From assembly GCA_963829055.1 (NCBI GenBank), contig CAWHHI010000016.1:352001-416000 (forward strand): 64,000 nt of DNA, given 5' to 3'. A program made the position numbers and the translations under genes. Of the stretch, positions 45,550 through 57,915 are shown piece by piece (within the stretch, counting starts at the first letter, position 1; each line of letters starts with the position of its first letter). Origin of the DNA: an uncultured Gemmatimonadaceae bacterium (GTDB lineage Bacteria > Gemmatimonadota > Gemmatimonadetes > Gemmatimonadales > Gemmatimonadaceae). The notes under the pieces were generated by a model, which did no database searches, was not told the origin of the DNA, and saw only the letters and a program-made list of their open reading frames with translations.

Positions 45550-46796
45550 TGCGGAAATCGGTCAGCGACTATCCGCTCGTCATCCTCGCGCTCCTGCTCT
45601 CCGCGTACGGCATCGCGATCGTCTACTCGGCTGGCCAGACGGATTTTCCGGTCGCGTATATCGTCGGTGCGTGGAAGCGACAGCTGGGGTGGTTCGTATT
45701 GTCGCTCTTCGCGGCGTACGTGCTGTTCCGCGCGTCCGTGCGCCTCGTGGATTGGATGACGGTGCCGCTCTACTGGATCGGCATTGGTCTGCTCGTGGTG
45801 ACGCTCGTATTCGGCTCCGGTGCCGGCACCGCCGCGAGCGTGAAAGGCTGGCTGACGATCGGTGGCGTGCGCATTGGGCAACCGTCCGAGCTCGCGAAGC
45901 TGACGGTCGTGCTCATGCTGGCGCGCGTCCTGGCGTCGCGGAAAGAAGCGCCGAAATCGCTGCTCGATCTGTGGAAGCCGGCTGCCGTCGTGGGGCTGCC
46001 GTGGCTCCTGATCATGGCGCAGCCGGACCTCGGTACGGGCATCGTCTTCATCGGCATCTTCTTCGCCCTGTTGTTCTGGTCGGGCGTCTCATGGCAGTTA
46101 CTGGCGCTCATCGCGAGTCCGGCCGTGAGCTTGATTCTCGCGTTCAGCACCGGTCTCTGGGGCGCGTGGTTCCTGATACTCATCGCGCTCGTACTCTACT
46201 ATCGGCCGTACATGGTCGAGGGCGTTGTGCTGGTCCTGGCGAACGTTGCCATGGGCGTGATCGCACCGCTGCTGTGGGAGCGTCTCGCGCCATATCAGCA
46301 GCGACGACTTCTCGTGTTCCTCGATCCATCGGCGGACCCGAGAGCGTCGGGCTACCACGTGCTGCAGTCGCAGGTCGCCATCGGGTCCGGCGGGTGGTTC
46401 GGCAAGGGCTACACACTCGGCACTCAGAAGCGGCTGGCGTTTCTACCGGCGCAGCACACGGACTTCATCTTCTCGGTCGTTGGCGAGGAGCTGGGTTTCA
46501 TAGGCGTGACGCTCGCGCTCGCGCTATTCCTGCTCCTGTTCATGCGCGTCGTTCGGGTTGCGTCCCGTGCGAACGACTCGTTCGGCAGCCTCGTCGCGTT
46601 CGGCCTCGGCGCCAGTTGGTTCGTCCACGTGGTCGTGAATATCGGCATGACGCTCAACCTGATGCCGATTACGGGCATTCCGCTGCCGTTCTTCAGCTAC
46701 GGCGGCTCGTTCATGCTGGCGAGTTGGCTCGCGATCGGGATCCTCCTCCGGATCTCCAGTGAGGGGCGGGGCAGGGCGGACACGCTCGCCGTCTGA
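45549..46796 (+). CDS. rodA: Rod shape-determining protein RodA
   Basis: QPSELAK, QPDLGT, HTDFIF, PFFSYGGS. Confidence 0.97.
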   Translation: MRKSVSDYPLVILALLLSAYGIAIVYSAGQTDFPVAYIVGAWKRQLGWFVLSLFAAYVLFRASVRLVDWMTVPLYWIGIGLLVVTLVFGSGAGTAASVKGWLTIGGVRIGQPSELAKLTVVLMLARVLASRKEAPKSLLDLWKPAAVVGLPWLLIMAQPDLGTGIVFIGIFFALLFWSGVSWQLLALIASPAVSLILAFSTGLWGAWFLILIALVLYYRPYMVEGVVLVLANVAMGVIAPLLWERLAPYQQRRLLVFLDPSADPRASGYHVLQSQVAIGSGGWFGKGYTLGTQKRLAFLPAQHTDFIFSVVGEELGFIGVTLALALFLLLFMRVVRVASRANDSFGSLVAFGLGASWFVHVVVNIGMTLNLMPITGIPLPFFSYGGSFMLASWLAIGILLRISSEGRGRADTLAV

Positions 46797-46804
46797 TACG
46801 AGAA

Positions 46805-46970
46805 GCTGGTAGCTGCCCGCTCGTGCTGGCCGCTGGTCGAAGCAAGGGTGCGGAATTGGGGTCAGACTCGAATTGAACCATTCTCGCGCGGTCGAGTCCA
46901 AGGAAATTCGAATCTGACCCCAATTCACTCAGCGTCACCAAGCGACCAGCACGACCACCCAGCACCCAGC
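46805..46970. repeat. Nested inverted-repeat element: 22-bp REP-like IR inside heptamer-periodic arms
   Basis: GAATTGGGGTCAGACTCGAATT (46853-46874) / AATTCGAATCTGACCCCAATTC (46905-46926), 1 mismatch; outer GCTGG../..CCAGC arms. Confidence 0.8.
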
Positions 46971-47024
46971 GAGTAGTTGCGAGGGTCCCTTCCGTCATTG
47001 GACGGTCGGGCTCAGATTTCCCGG

Positions 47025-47888
47025 ATGGCATGGTGGAAAAAGGAGAAAAAGTCCCGCGCCCCGCGCACCGAGAAGCTCGAGATCCCGGCCGACGCGTGGG
47101 AGAAGTGCGAGGCGTGCGGGCATACCGACATCCGCGAGAAGTTCGTTCGCAATCTGAACGTCTGCCCCAACTGCGACTATCACCGTCGCATTCGTGCGGG
47201 CGACTACGTCGGGATTCTCCTCGATGAGGGGTCCGCCGAGGAGACCGAGGCCGATCTCCGCTCCACCGACCCTCTCGGCTTCCCGGAGTATCAGCAGCGC
47301 CTCAAGAAAGCTCGCGCCAACGCGGGTGAGGGCGATGCCATCATGACCGCGACGGGAACGCTCGCGGGTGCCCCGCTCAACGTCGGCGTCATGGACTTCA
47401 GCTTCATGGGTGGATCCATGGGCTCTGTCGTCGGCGAGAAGATCGCGCGACTCGGCCAGCGCTCCCTGGAGCGCAAGTATCCACTCGTGCTCGTCTCGGC
47501 TTCTGGTGGCGCGCGGATGCAGGAGGGCGTGCTATCGCTCATGCAGATGGCGAAAGCGTCCGCGATGCTCGCGCAGTTGGCCGAGCGCCGCATTCCGTAC
47601 GTCTCGATCCTGACGAATCCGACGACGGGCGGCGTCAGCGCGAGCTACGCCATGCTGGGCGACGCAATCCTCGCTGAGCCTGGAGCTGTCATCGGATTCG
47701 CCGGACCACGCGTGATCAAGCAGACGCTCGGACAGGACCTGCCGGAAGGATTTCAGACGGCGGAGTTTCTCCTCGATCACGGCATGGTCGATCGCGTCGT
47801 GCACCGCCGCGAGCTCAAACAGACGGTCGGGCAACTGCTGCGGCACATGAGCGGAAAGCCGGCCGCGACGGGGTGGGCGTCGCCCTGA
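47025..47888 (+). CDS. accD: Acetyl-CoA carboxylase carboxyltransferase beta
   Basis: Zn finger CxxC..CxxC, FMGGSMG, SGGARMQEG, PTTGGVSAS. Confidence 0.98.
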   Translation: MAWWKKEKKSRAPRTEKLEIPADAWEKCEACGHTDIREKFVRNLNVCPNCDYHRRIRAGDYVGILLDEGSAEETEADLRSTDPLGFPEYQQRLKKARANAGEGDAIMTATGTLAGAPLNVGVMDFSFMGGSMGSVVGEKIARLGQRSLERKYPLVLVSASGGARMQEGVLSLMQMAKASAMLAQLAERRIPYVSILTNPTTGGVSASYAMLGDAILAEPGAVIGFAGPRVIKQTLGQDLPEGFQTAEFLLDHGMVDRVVHRRELKQTVGQLLRHMSGKPAATGWASP

Positions 47889-49174
47889 GCGACCAGCGCA
47901 GCGACTATCGCGGGGCGCTCGACTACCTCTTCACACGCACGACGGGAAAGTCGAAGCTCGGTCTCGAACGAACCGCCGCGTTCCTTCGCGAGCTCGGCAA
48001 CCCGCACGAGCGCTTGCCGTCACTTCACGTCGCCGGCACGAACGGAAAGGGTAGCGTCTGCGCGACGCTCGAAACCGTGCTTCGCGCGAAGGGGCTCCGC
48101 GTCGGCAAGTACACGTCCCCACACCTCGTCGATTTTCGCGAACGATTTCTCGTCGACGGCAGGCGCGTCGATGAGGACTACGTCGTGGATTTCATCGAGC
48201 GGTGGACGCCAACCGTGGAGCGTATCGGCGCGACGTTCTTCGAAGCGACGACGGCAATGGCATTCGACCTGTTCGCGCAGCAACACGTCGACGTCGCGGT
48301 CATCGAGACGGGGCTCGGCGGACGCCTCGACTCGACGAATGTCGTTCGCCCGCTCGCAGCTGGCGTGACCTCCATTGGCATCGATCACGTCGAGTATCTG
48401 GGCGAGACACGCGAGGAGATCGCGGCGGAAAAGGCCGGGATCTTCAAGCGTGGTATCCCGGCCGTGATCGGTGAGCGAGACGAGGCCATTCGCGCGCTTC
48501 TCGCTGAACTCGGACGAAAGCATGGCGCGACGCCGATTCTCGACGTCACCACTGCGTCTGCGCCGGAAGACGTTTCCGTCGGGCGCGACGGGACCACGTT
48601 CACGCTCACGGTCGGAGGCGAGCGCGGGCAGGTGCGCACCGGGCTCGCGGGAGCGCACCAGGCGTCAAATGCGTCGTTGGCGCTCCTCATGCTCAACGCC
48701 GCCGGAGGAACGCTGGCGACGAGTCTGAGCGAGGCGCGCCTCGCTCTACCCTCAGTTCGCCTCCCCGGGCGCTTCCATCGCGTCGGGCCGTACATCTTCG
48801 ACGTCGCGCACAACCCGGATGGAGCTTCGGTGCTCGCCCTGACCGTGGCTGCCGTTCAACCACCGTCACCGCGTGCCGCCGTGCTCTGCGTGCTCGCTGA
48901 CAAGGACTGGCGCGGCGTCATGACGGCGCTCGCTCCGGTCGTCGACGTCTTCGTGTTGACCGACGCCCCGACGGCACCAGCGAGCCGCGCCTGGAACCGC
49001 GATGACGCGGCGGCGTTCGCGCGCGAGCAGGGCTGGCAGGTGACGTCCGAGCCGGATTTCGATCATGCGCTCGCGAGGGCGGCGGCCACGGCGAAGACGG
49101 TTATCGTCACCGGGTCGTTCCACACCGTAGGAGACGCGATGGCGCGCTTGAACGTCGATCCCGTGGACGGGTAG
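47873..49174 (+). CDS. folC: Folylpolyglutamate/dihydrofolate synthase
   Basis: HVAGTNGKGS, TSPHL, ETGLGGRLDSTN, DVAHNP. Confidence 0.97.
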   Translation: MGVALSDQRSDYRGALDYLFTRTTGKSKLGLERTAAFLRELGNPHERLPSLHVAGTNGKGSVCATLETVLRAKGLRVGKYTSPHLVDFRERFLVDGRRVDEDYVVDFIERWTPTVERIGATFFEATTAMAFDLFAQQHVDVAVIETGLGGRLDSTNVVRPLAAGVTSIGIDHVEYLGETREEIAAEKAGIFKRGIPAVIGERDEAIRALLAELGRKHGATPILDVTTASAPEDVSVGRDGTTFTLTVGGERGQVRTGLAGAHQASNASLALLMLNAAGGTLATSLSEARLALPSVRLPGRFHRVGPYIFDVAHNPDGASVLALTVAAVQPPSPRAAVLCVLADKDWRGVMTALAPVVDVFVLTDAPTAPASRAWNRDDAAAFAREQGWQVTSEPDFDHALARAAATAKTVIVTGSFHTVGDAMARLNVDPVDG

Positions 49175-49183
49175 ATTTCCCGG

Positions 49184-50503
49184 ATGTCTACAGGAGCATT
49201 GCCCGGGTTTCGCGATTTCTACCCCGCCGAGTTCGCCGAGCGATCGCACATCTTCGCCGCGTGGCGTGATGTCGCGCAGCGGTTCGCATTCGCCGAGTAC
49301 GATGGACCTCCGCTCGAGCCGCTCGATCTCTACACGAAGAAGAGTGGCGAGGAGATCGTCGGTCAGCTCTACAACTTCGAAGACAAGGGTGGTCGCCAGG
49401 TCGCACTGCGACCCGAGATGACGCCCACGGTTGCCCGCATGGTCGCCGCGCGCGCGAACGCGCTCCGTAGACCCGTGCGCTGGTTCTCGGTCCCACAGCT
49501 GTTTCGGTACGAGCGCCAGCAGAAGGGCCGACTGCGCGAGCACTTTCAGCTCAACGTCGACATCTTCGGCGAGCCCGATGTTTCGGCGGATGCCGAGCTG
49601 ATTGCGGTCGCCATCGAGATCATGCGCGCGCTTGGGCTCGGCCCGGACGCCGTGCGTGCGCGCGTGTCCGATCGACGACTGCTGAACGCGCTCCTGCTTG
49701 CGGCGGGCGTGACTGAATCGCAACTGCCCGCGACGTACGCCGTGATCGACAAGATCGAGCGGACGCCCCTCGCGCTGTCGCAACAGAAGTTGGCCGATGC
49801 CGGGCTCGCGGGCGACCTCCCTGCGACCATCACGTCGCTCGTGATCGAGGCGCGCTCGCTCGACGCACTGCGTAGCCGCTTTCCCGACGATGCCGCCGTG
49901 AACGAGCATGTCACGCGGTTCGAGCAATACTTCGCGGCGCTCGAGCAGCTCGGGGTCCGGGACTACGTGGATCTCGATCTTCGCATCGTACGCGGGCTCG
50001 CGTACTACACCGGCATCGTGTTCGAGCTGTTCGACGCGACCGGAGAGTTCCGCGCGATCTGCGGCGGTGGACGGTACGACAATCTGCTCCAGGCGTTAGG
50101 CGGCGTCGACATGCCGGCCCTGGGCTTCGGCATGGGCGACGTGGTGCTCGGTGAGCTGCTCCGGGCGCGAGACCTCATGCCCGCCGGCGCGCAGAAGATC
50201 GACTTCTGGGTTGCGCCCGTCACGGCGACGAACCGGCTGCACGCGGTCCGCGTCGCGACCGCGCTTCGCAATGCGGGCGCGTCCGCCGAGTATCCGTTGC
50301 GAGACCAGGCGTTGGGGAAGCAGCTCAAGGCCGCTGGCAATGCCGGGGCCGCGCGCGTCGTATTCGTCGGGCCCGAGCTGGAGGCACAAGGGCAGGTCGA
50401 GGTGAAGTCGCTCGTCGATGGAAACCAGCGAGCGCTGCCCCTCGATGAGCTCATTCGGCAGGTGCGCGATCACACCAGTGGTAGCTCGGATCGACCGCGG
50501 TAG
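49184..50503 (+). CDS. hisS: Histidine--tRNA ligase
   Basis: [31 protein letters not shown]. Confidence 0.98.
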   Translation: MSTGALPGFRDFYPAEFAERSHIFAAWRDVAQRFAFAEYDGPPLEPLDLYTKKSGEEIVGQLYNFEDKGGRQVALRPEMTPTVARMVAARANALRRPVRWFSVPQLFRYERQQKGRLREHFQLNVDIFGEPDVSADAELIAVAIEIMRALGLGPDAVRARVSDRRLLNALLLAAGVTESQLPATYAVIDKIERTPLALSQQKLADAGLAGDLPATITSLVIEARSLDALRSRFPDDAAVNEHVTRFEQYFAALEQLGVRDYVDLDLRIVRGLAYYTGIVFELFDATGEFRAICGGGRYDNLLQALGGVDMPALGFGMGDVVLGELLRARDLMPAGAQKIDFWVAPVTATNRLHAVRVATALRNAGASAEYPLRDQALGKQLKAAGNAGAARVVFVGPELEAQGQVEVKSLVDGNQRALPLDELIRQVRDHTSGSSDRPR

Positions 50504-50509
50504 CCGGCG

Positions 50510-50535
50510 GTCATTCCGGAGTCGTTCGGAATGAC
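50510..50535. repeat. Intergenic hairpin
   Basis: GTCATTCCGGA-GTCG-TTCGGAATGAC. Confidence 0.6.
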
Positions 50536-50580
50536 GACCGATCACGCAATCCATCCAACTACCACGGTCTTACTCTTCTC

Positions 50581-52050
50581 ATGTCCGACGATAAAAAACT
50601 GACGACCCGCGCGGCCGACTTCAGCGCGTGGTACAACGAACTCGTACTCCGCGCGGAGCTTGCGGACTACTCGCCCGTGCGTGGCTGCATGGTCATCCGG
50701 CCTAACGGCTACGGCATCTGGGAGCGCATGCAGCGGGCCCTGGATGACAGGTTCAAGGCGACCGGCCACAAGAACGCGTACTTCCCGCTGTTCATTCCGG
50801 AGAGCTTTCTGCACAAGGAGGCCGAACACGTCGAAGGGTTCGCGCCCGAGGCCGCGGTGGTCACGCACGGCGGTGGAAAGAAGCTCGAGGAACCCCTCGT
50901 CGTGCGACCCACGTCCGAGACGATCATCTACTCGATGTACGCGAAGTGGGTGCAGAGCTATCGTGACCTGCCCATTCTGATCAATCAGTGGGCGAACGTC
51001 GTGCGATGGGAGATGCGCACGCGACTCTTTCTGCGCACGCTGGAGTTTCTGTGGCAGGAAGGGCACACCGCGCACGTCTCGCACGACGAAGCGCAGGAAG
51101 AGACGCTCAAGATCCTCCGCCTCTATCGTGATTTCATGGAGGGTTGGATGGGCATGCCCGTGATCACCGGGCAGAAGTCGGACGCCGAGCGCTTCGCGGG
51201 TGCGCTTCGCACGTATTCGTGCGAGGCGATGATGCAGGACAACAAGGCACTCCAGGCCGGGACGTCGCACAACCTTGGCCAGAACTTCTCGAAAGCGTTC
51301 GAGCTCTCGTTCCAGACGGAAACCGGCGGGCAGGAGTTCGCCTGGAATACGAGCTGGGGAGTGTCGACGCGGCTCATTGGTGGCCTCGTGATGACGCACG
51401 GCGACGACGCCGGTCTCGTGACCCCTCCCATGCTTGCCCCCACGGAGCTGGTCATCGTTCCGATCTACCGGAGCGACGAGGAGCGATCCAAGGTGCTGGA
51501 GGCGGCGGGACAGATCGAGCGCGATCTGGGTCGCGCCGACCGCCGGTACCACAATCCGATTCGCGTTCATGTCGACCGGCGCGACGGGATGAAACCCGGG
51601 GCGAAGTACTACGAGTGGGAGCTGCGCGGCATCCCGCTACGGATCGAGCTCGGTCCACGCGATCTCGACAAGGGGCAGGCGGTGCTCGTGCGACGCGACA
51701 CGAAGGAGAAGAAGCCCGTGTCGCTCGATACGTTAGGCACGGAGGTGGAGACACTCCTCGTGCGGATTCAGAACGACATGCTCGCGCGTGCGCGTGACCG
51801 CCGCGAGGCGAACAGCCTTCGTGGCGGAATTACGTACGATCGCTTCCGTGAAGTCATGCAAGGCGACGGCGCGTTCGTCTACGCCGGCTGGTGCGGCAGC
51901 GGCGCATGCGAGGCGCAGATCAAGGAAGACACGAAAGCAACCATTCGCGTCCTGCCGGACGAGGAGTTCCGATCGGCCGAAGCCCCGACGACGTGTTTGA
52001 AGTGTGGGCAATCCGCTACAGCCGAGGCATTGTGGGCGAAAGCGTACTGA
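50581..52050 (+). CDS. proS: Proline--tRNA ligase (archaeal/eukaryote-type)
   Basis: [34 protein letters not shown]-terminal Cys cluster, ends AKAY. Confidence 0.98.
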   Translation: MSDDKKLTTRAADFSAWYNELVLRAELADYSPVRGCMVIRPNGYGIWERMQRALDDRFKATGHKNAYFPLFIPESFLHKEAEHVEGFAPEAAVVTHGGGKKLEEPLVVRPTSETIIYSMYAKWVQSYRDLPILINQWANVVRWEMRTRLFLRTLEFLWQEGHTAHVSHDEAQEETLKILRLYRDFMEGWMGMPVITGQKSDAERFAGALRTYSCEAMMQDNKALQAGTSHNLGQNFSKAFELSFQTETGGQEFAWNTSWGVSTRLIGGLVMTHGDDAGLVTPPMLAPTELVIVPIYRSDEERSKVLEAAGQIERDLGRADRRYHNPIRVHVDRRDGMKPGAKYYEWELRGIPLRIELGPRDLDKGQAVLVRRDTKEKKPVSLDTLGTEVETLLVRIQNDMLARARDRREANSLRGGITYDRFREVMQGDGAFVYAGWCGSGACEAQIKEDTKATIRVLPDEEFRSAEAPTTCLKCGQSATAEALWAKAY

Positions 52051-53326
52051 CCCGGCCGTTCGCCCGCGCGGACAGCGGTGCTCTCGCGTGTGAGGGAGTG
52101 CCGCTGTCCACGATCGCCGAGGCGGTCGGGACGCCGACGTATGTCTACAGCGCCAACGCCGTGCGCGATCAATACGCGCGTCTGGCGGCGGCGCTGAGCG
52201 GTGTTCCGTTCCGCATTCACTACAGCCTCAAAGCGAATTCGAATCGCGCACTGCTGTCACTGCTTCGTTCGTTAGGCTCGGCCGCCGACGTCGTGTCCGG
52301 TGGGGAGTTGTATCGCGCGCAGCGCGCCGGGTTTCCCGCGAGCGACATCATCTTCGGTGGCGTCGGGAAGACGGAGCAGGAGATTGCCGACGGCTTGGAC
52401 GCCGGCGTGCTGCTGCTGAACGTGGAGTCCGATGATGAGGTACGGATCGTCGACCGGCTGGCGCGCGAGCGAGGGATAGTCGCGCGGATCGCGCTTGCGC
52501 GTGAACCCGGAGATCACGGTCGAGACGCCACACTCCTACATCCGCACGGGCGAAAAGGGCCACAAGTTCGGAATCCCGTACGATGAGGTACGTGAGGTCG
52601 CGCGCCTGGCGGCGTCGCTGCCTAACGTCGTGCGTGCACGGGCTCGACATGCACGTCGGGTCGCAGCTATCGCGGCTCGATGCCTACCGACATGGCATCG
52701 AGCGTGTGCTGGAGTTGCTCGCGCAACTTCGCGCCGACGGCGCACGCGACCTTCGGTACCTCGACATCGGCGGGGGCCTGGCCGTCACGTATGACGCCGA
52801 GGAGCCGACGGACCTCGAGCAGTATGCGGAGATCGTGGTGCCGGCAGTGCGCTCGACGGGGCTACAGTTGATCGTCGAGCCAGGCCGGTTCATGGTCGGG
52901 AACGCGGGTGTGCTCATCAGTCGCGTGCTGTACCGAAAGCGCAGTGGCGGCAAGGAACTGCTGGTGGTCGACGCCGGCATGACCGACCTGCTTCGGCCGT
53001 CGCACTACAACGCGTACCATCGCATCGAAGCGGTGGAAACGATCGAGGGTCGGTCGCGCGTCGATGTCGTCGGGCCCGTGTGCGAGAGCGGTGACTTCCT
53101 CGCGCTGGACCGCGAGCTCGAAGATCTGCGGGCGAGCGATCTCATCGCGGTACATTCCGCGGGCGCGTACGGGTATGCGATGTCCTCGAACTACAACACG
53201 CGCGGTCGCCCAGCGGAAGTACTGGTCGACGGTGATCGCTTCGCGCTCGTCACGCAGCGAGAGAGTTACGAGCACCTGGTAGCGCCGGAGGTTCTCGAAC
53301 CCGAATGGAGGGGGAGGGTCGACTGA
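52032..53326 (+). CDS. lysA: Diaminopimelate decarboxylase (frameshifts near 52495 and 52630)
   Basis: [36 protein letters not shown]. Confidence 0.95.
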
Positions 53327-53834
53327 TGCTCATAGGGCTGATGTCTGATTCGCACGACCGAGTGCCGGCGATTCGTGAGCTGCTCGAGCGCATGATCGAA
53401 CACGGCGCCGGGATGGTACTGCACGCGGGCGACTACTGTTCGCCGTTTTCACTCGCGCCGTTTCTCGAGCTCAACGTGCCGTTCGCCGGTGTGTTCGGGC
53501 GCAACGATGGTGACCGCGAAGGGCTCAAGGCGTACGCCGCGAAAGGTGTCGGCATCGAGCTCCACGAGTCACCGCATAGCTTCGAGGTCGGCGGGCGCCG
53601 CATCCTGCTCGTTCACGACCTGGGCGAAGTCCACGAACGTTCGCTCGAGTCGCACGAGATCATCATCAACGGCTTCACGCATCAGCAGGAGATGCGAGAG
53701 CTCGAAGGCGGCGCGTTGATCGTGAACCCGGGCGAGGCGTGCGGCTGGCTCACTGGTACGCCCGCCGCCGCCATCCTCGACCTCGACACGAAGCACATCG
53801 AGTTCATTTCCCTCACGGAGCCCGCGTGGAAGGT

Positions 53835-53838
<4 letters not shown>
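53326..53838 (+). CDS. YfcE/MJ0936-family metallophosphoesterase
   Basis: SDSH, HAGD, GRND, GFTH, NPGE. Confidence 0.88.
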
Positions 53839-55386
<1,548 letters not shown>

Positions 55387-55390
55387 GATA

Positions 55391-55511
55391 GGGACTGGGA
55401 ATTGGGAACTGGGGAATCGGGAAAACCAAAACCCTCGGGATGCATGTCTCTCAGAGCGAGAGTGCGTCTCGAGGGCTTCTCAGTCCCCAGTTCCCGATTC
55501 CCGATTCCCGA
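55391..55511. repeat. STRR-like heptamer-armed long hairpin between convergent genes
   Basis: GGGACTG GGGAATT GGGAACT GGGGAATC GGGA ... CAGTCCC CAGTTCC CGATTCC CGATTCC CG, inner stem CCCTCGGGATGCA/TGCGTCTCGAGGG. Confidence 0.85.
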
Positions 55512-55515
55512 GTCG

Positions 55516-55968
55516 CTACACTCCCTTCTCCTCGAGGAGCTTCATGAACTCCGGCGGGTTCGTGAGCGCCATCAGTCGCTCCGGAACGTCCGGCTCCTTG
55601 CTGAACTGCGCGATCTTCCCGAGCACGGGGAGATACTGATTCGAGACCTCGAGCGGCGGCGCGACGATCAGGAAGAAGAACCTCACAGGCTTCTCATCGA
55701 TCGCCTTGAAGTCCACGCCTCCGCTCTTCCTGCCGAACGCCACGCGGAGCTTGTTCACGACGAGCGAGCGGCAGTGGGGAATCGCGATACTCCGCCCGAT
55801 GCCGGTCGACCCGAGATTTTCGCGGCGCTTCAGCATCTTGAACAGCATCCCCTCCGACTTCTCGTCGAGTTTGAGGAGGCTGATCATTTCCTTCAGGATG
55901 TCGTCCTTGGTCGTCGCTTCGAGCTCGAGCTTTACGGCATCTTCCGAGAAGAACTCGCGCAGTTCCAT
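55516..55968 (-). CDS. PTS IIA (Fru/Ntr-type) domain protein
   Basis: RENLGSTGIG..IAIPHC, F.AID.KPV. Confidence 0.93.
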   Translation of the reverse strand: MELREFFSEDAVKLELEATTKDDILKEMISLLKLDEKSEGMLFKMLKRRENLGSTGIGRSIAIPHCRSLVVNKLRVAFGRKSGGVDFKAIDEKPVRFFFLIVAPPLEVSNQYLPVLGKIAQFSKEPDVPERLMALTNPPEFMKLLEEKGV

Positions 55969-56025
55969 CCGTTCCCCGATCGTCGTAGAAAAAGAGGGGC
56001 ACCCCCGGCGCCCCATAAGCGACCG

Positions 56026-56092
56026 AAGTTACCCGACTCGGCAAGTCGTGTCAAACCTTCACGTTGCACGACTTCCAGAGCCCGGTTAGCTT
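56026..56092. promoter_or_regulatory. Back-to-back promoters for PTS IIA (-) and dusB (+)
   Basis: Minus TTGACA-17-TAACTT (56054-56026); plus TTGCAC-17-TAGCTT (56064-56092). Confidence 0.7.
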
Positions 56093-56098
56093 GCCCAT

Positions 56099-57139
56099 AT
56101 GCGCTTCCCGTACCCCGTCGACCACGAGATTCCAGTCATCCTCGCCCCTATGGCGGGGGTATCGGAGTCGCCGTTCCGCCGATTGTGCCGGAAGCATGGA
56201 GCGGACGTCGTCGTCACGGAATTCCTGTCCGCGGAGGGCATCCGTCGCGAGAACCAGGCGACGATCAGCAAGCTCCGGTTCGGGCCTGACGAGCGCACGA
56301 TCGGTGTACAGATCTTCGGCGCCGATCCGGACGCGATGGGTGACGCCGCACGCCTCGTTACCGACGTTTTCCAGCCGGACTTCATCGACATCAACTTCGG
56401 CTGCCCGGTCAAGAAGGTCGTTCGGCGAAATGGCGGCTCTGGGTGCCTGAAGGATCTCGGCCTCGTCCAGGACGTCATTCGGGCCGTCGTGAAGGGCACG
56501 TCGCTGCCCGTAACGGTCAAGATTCGGAGTGGCTGGAGCGAGGAGATGCGCGACCCGGTCACCATCGGCCTGCGCTGTCAGGACGCCGGCGCACGCGCGC
56601 TCGCGCTTCACGCACGGACGCGCACGCAGATGTATACGGGCAGCGCGCGCTGGGAGGAAATCGCCGCGGTTGCGGCGGCGCTGGAGATCCCCGTCATCGG
56701 CAATGGCGACATCAAGACGGCCGCCGACGCGCACCGCATGTACAAGCAGACCGGCTGCGCCGGCATCATGATCGCACGCGGATCGTTTGGGCAACCATGG
56801 ATCTTCGCGCAGACGCGAGCGCTGATCGATGGCACGCCCGTCCCGCCCACGCCATCCGTCGCCGAGCGCTTCGCCGTCGCGCTCGATCATGCCGCGATGG
56901 TCCAGGCGTACGAGCCCGATCCCGAAGGCGCGGCGATCGAATTCCGCAAGCACCTCGGCTGGTATGTGAAGGGGCTGCCTAACTCGGCGGACCTTCGTCG
57001 CCGGTTGCACTCAGTGAACGGCTTCGGGGAAGTCGAAGGCATCTTCGCCGACTACCTTCGCTGGCACGAGGAGCGTGCGGAGCACACGTCGTACGACGAC
57101 GTCGCGGACGCCGCGGATCTGGAGACCGCCGAGGCGTGA
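56099..57139 (+). CDS. dusB: tRNA dihydrouridine synthase
   Basis: LAPMAG, DINFGCP, VTVKIR, IGNGDI. Confidence 0.95.
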   Translation: MRFPYPVDHEIPVILAPMAGVSESPFRRLCRKHGADVVVTEFLSAEGIRRENQATISKLRFGPDERTIGVQIFGADPDAMGDAARLVTDVFQPDFIDINFGCPVKKVVRRNGGSGCLKDLGLVQDVIRAVVKGTSLPVTVKIRSGWSEEMRDPVTIGLRCQDAGARALALHARTRTQMYTGSARWEEIAAVAAALEIPVIGNGDIKTAADAHRMYKQTGCAGIMIARGSFGQPWIFAQTRALIDGTPVPPTPSVAERFAVALDHAAMVQAYEPDPEGAAIEFRKHLGWYVKGLPNSADLRRRLHSVNGFGEVEGIFADYLRWHEERAEHTSYDDVADAADLETAEA

Positions 57140-57894
57140 TTCGTGACCGTGTGCTGGCGCTGCTGCGCCAGGTCGCGGACGGTCAGCTGGACATCACTGC
57201 GGCGCTCGATCGACTGAGTCAGGATCCGCTCGAGTCGTTGCCGTTCGCGACGATCGATCACCATCGCGCGCTCCGGCAGGGCTATCCCGAAGTGATTCTC
57301 GGGCAGGGGAAGACCACCGAGCAGGTCGTGGCGATCGCCGATCGAATTGCCGCACGAGGCGAAGGGTTCCTCGTCACACGCGCCACCGAGGACGCCCTCG
57401 CGTCTCTCCGCCAGCGCTTTCCCTCGGTCGACGTCAATGCGCTGGCGCGGTGCGCACACCTGGCTCCGCGTGAACCCGTGCCGATGGGCCGCGGGACCAT
57501 TCTGATTGTGACCGCCGGCACAAGCGATCTCCCCGTCGCCGAGGAGGCCGCGGTGACCGCGCGCGCGTTAGGCAACGCGGTAGAGCGACTCACCGACGTC
57601 GGCGTCGCGGGAATTCACCGCGTGCTCGCGGGCGCTGAAGCACTGACAAAGGCGGCGGTCGTGATCGTCGTCGCGGGCATGGACGGCGCGTTGCCGTCGG
57701 TCGTCGGCGGGCTCGTCGCGACGCCTGTCATCGCGGTGCCGACGAGCATCGGCTACGGGGCGAGCTTCGGTGGCGTTGCGGCGTTGCTGGCCGCGCTAAA
57801 CAGTTGCGCCGCAGGCGTAACGGTCGTCAACATTGACAACGGATTCGGTGCTGCCGTGGCAGCGTCCCGGATCACACACGCGTCGATCTCGTAG
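57136..57894 (+). CDS. larB: Nickel-pincer cofactor biosynthesis protein LarB (PurE-like)
   Basis: DHHRALRQGYPEV, AGTSDLPVAEEA, DVGVAGIHR, VVNIDNGFGA. Confidence 0.93.
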   Translation: MIRDRVLALLRQVADGQLDITAALDRLSQDPLESLPFATIDHHRALRQGYPEVILGQGKTTEQVVAIADRIAARGEGFLVTRATEDALASLRQRFPSVDVNALARCAHLAPREPVPMGRGTILIVTAGTSDLPVAEEAAVTARALGNAVERLTDVGVAGIHRVLAGAEALTKAAVVIVVAGMDGALPSVVGGLVATPVIAVPTSIGYGASFGGVAALLAALNSCAAGVTVVNIDNGFGAAVAASRITHASIS

Positions 57895-57915
57895 CTTCCC
57901 GCCAAAACCCCTCTC

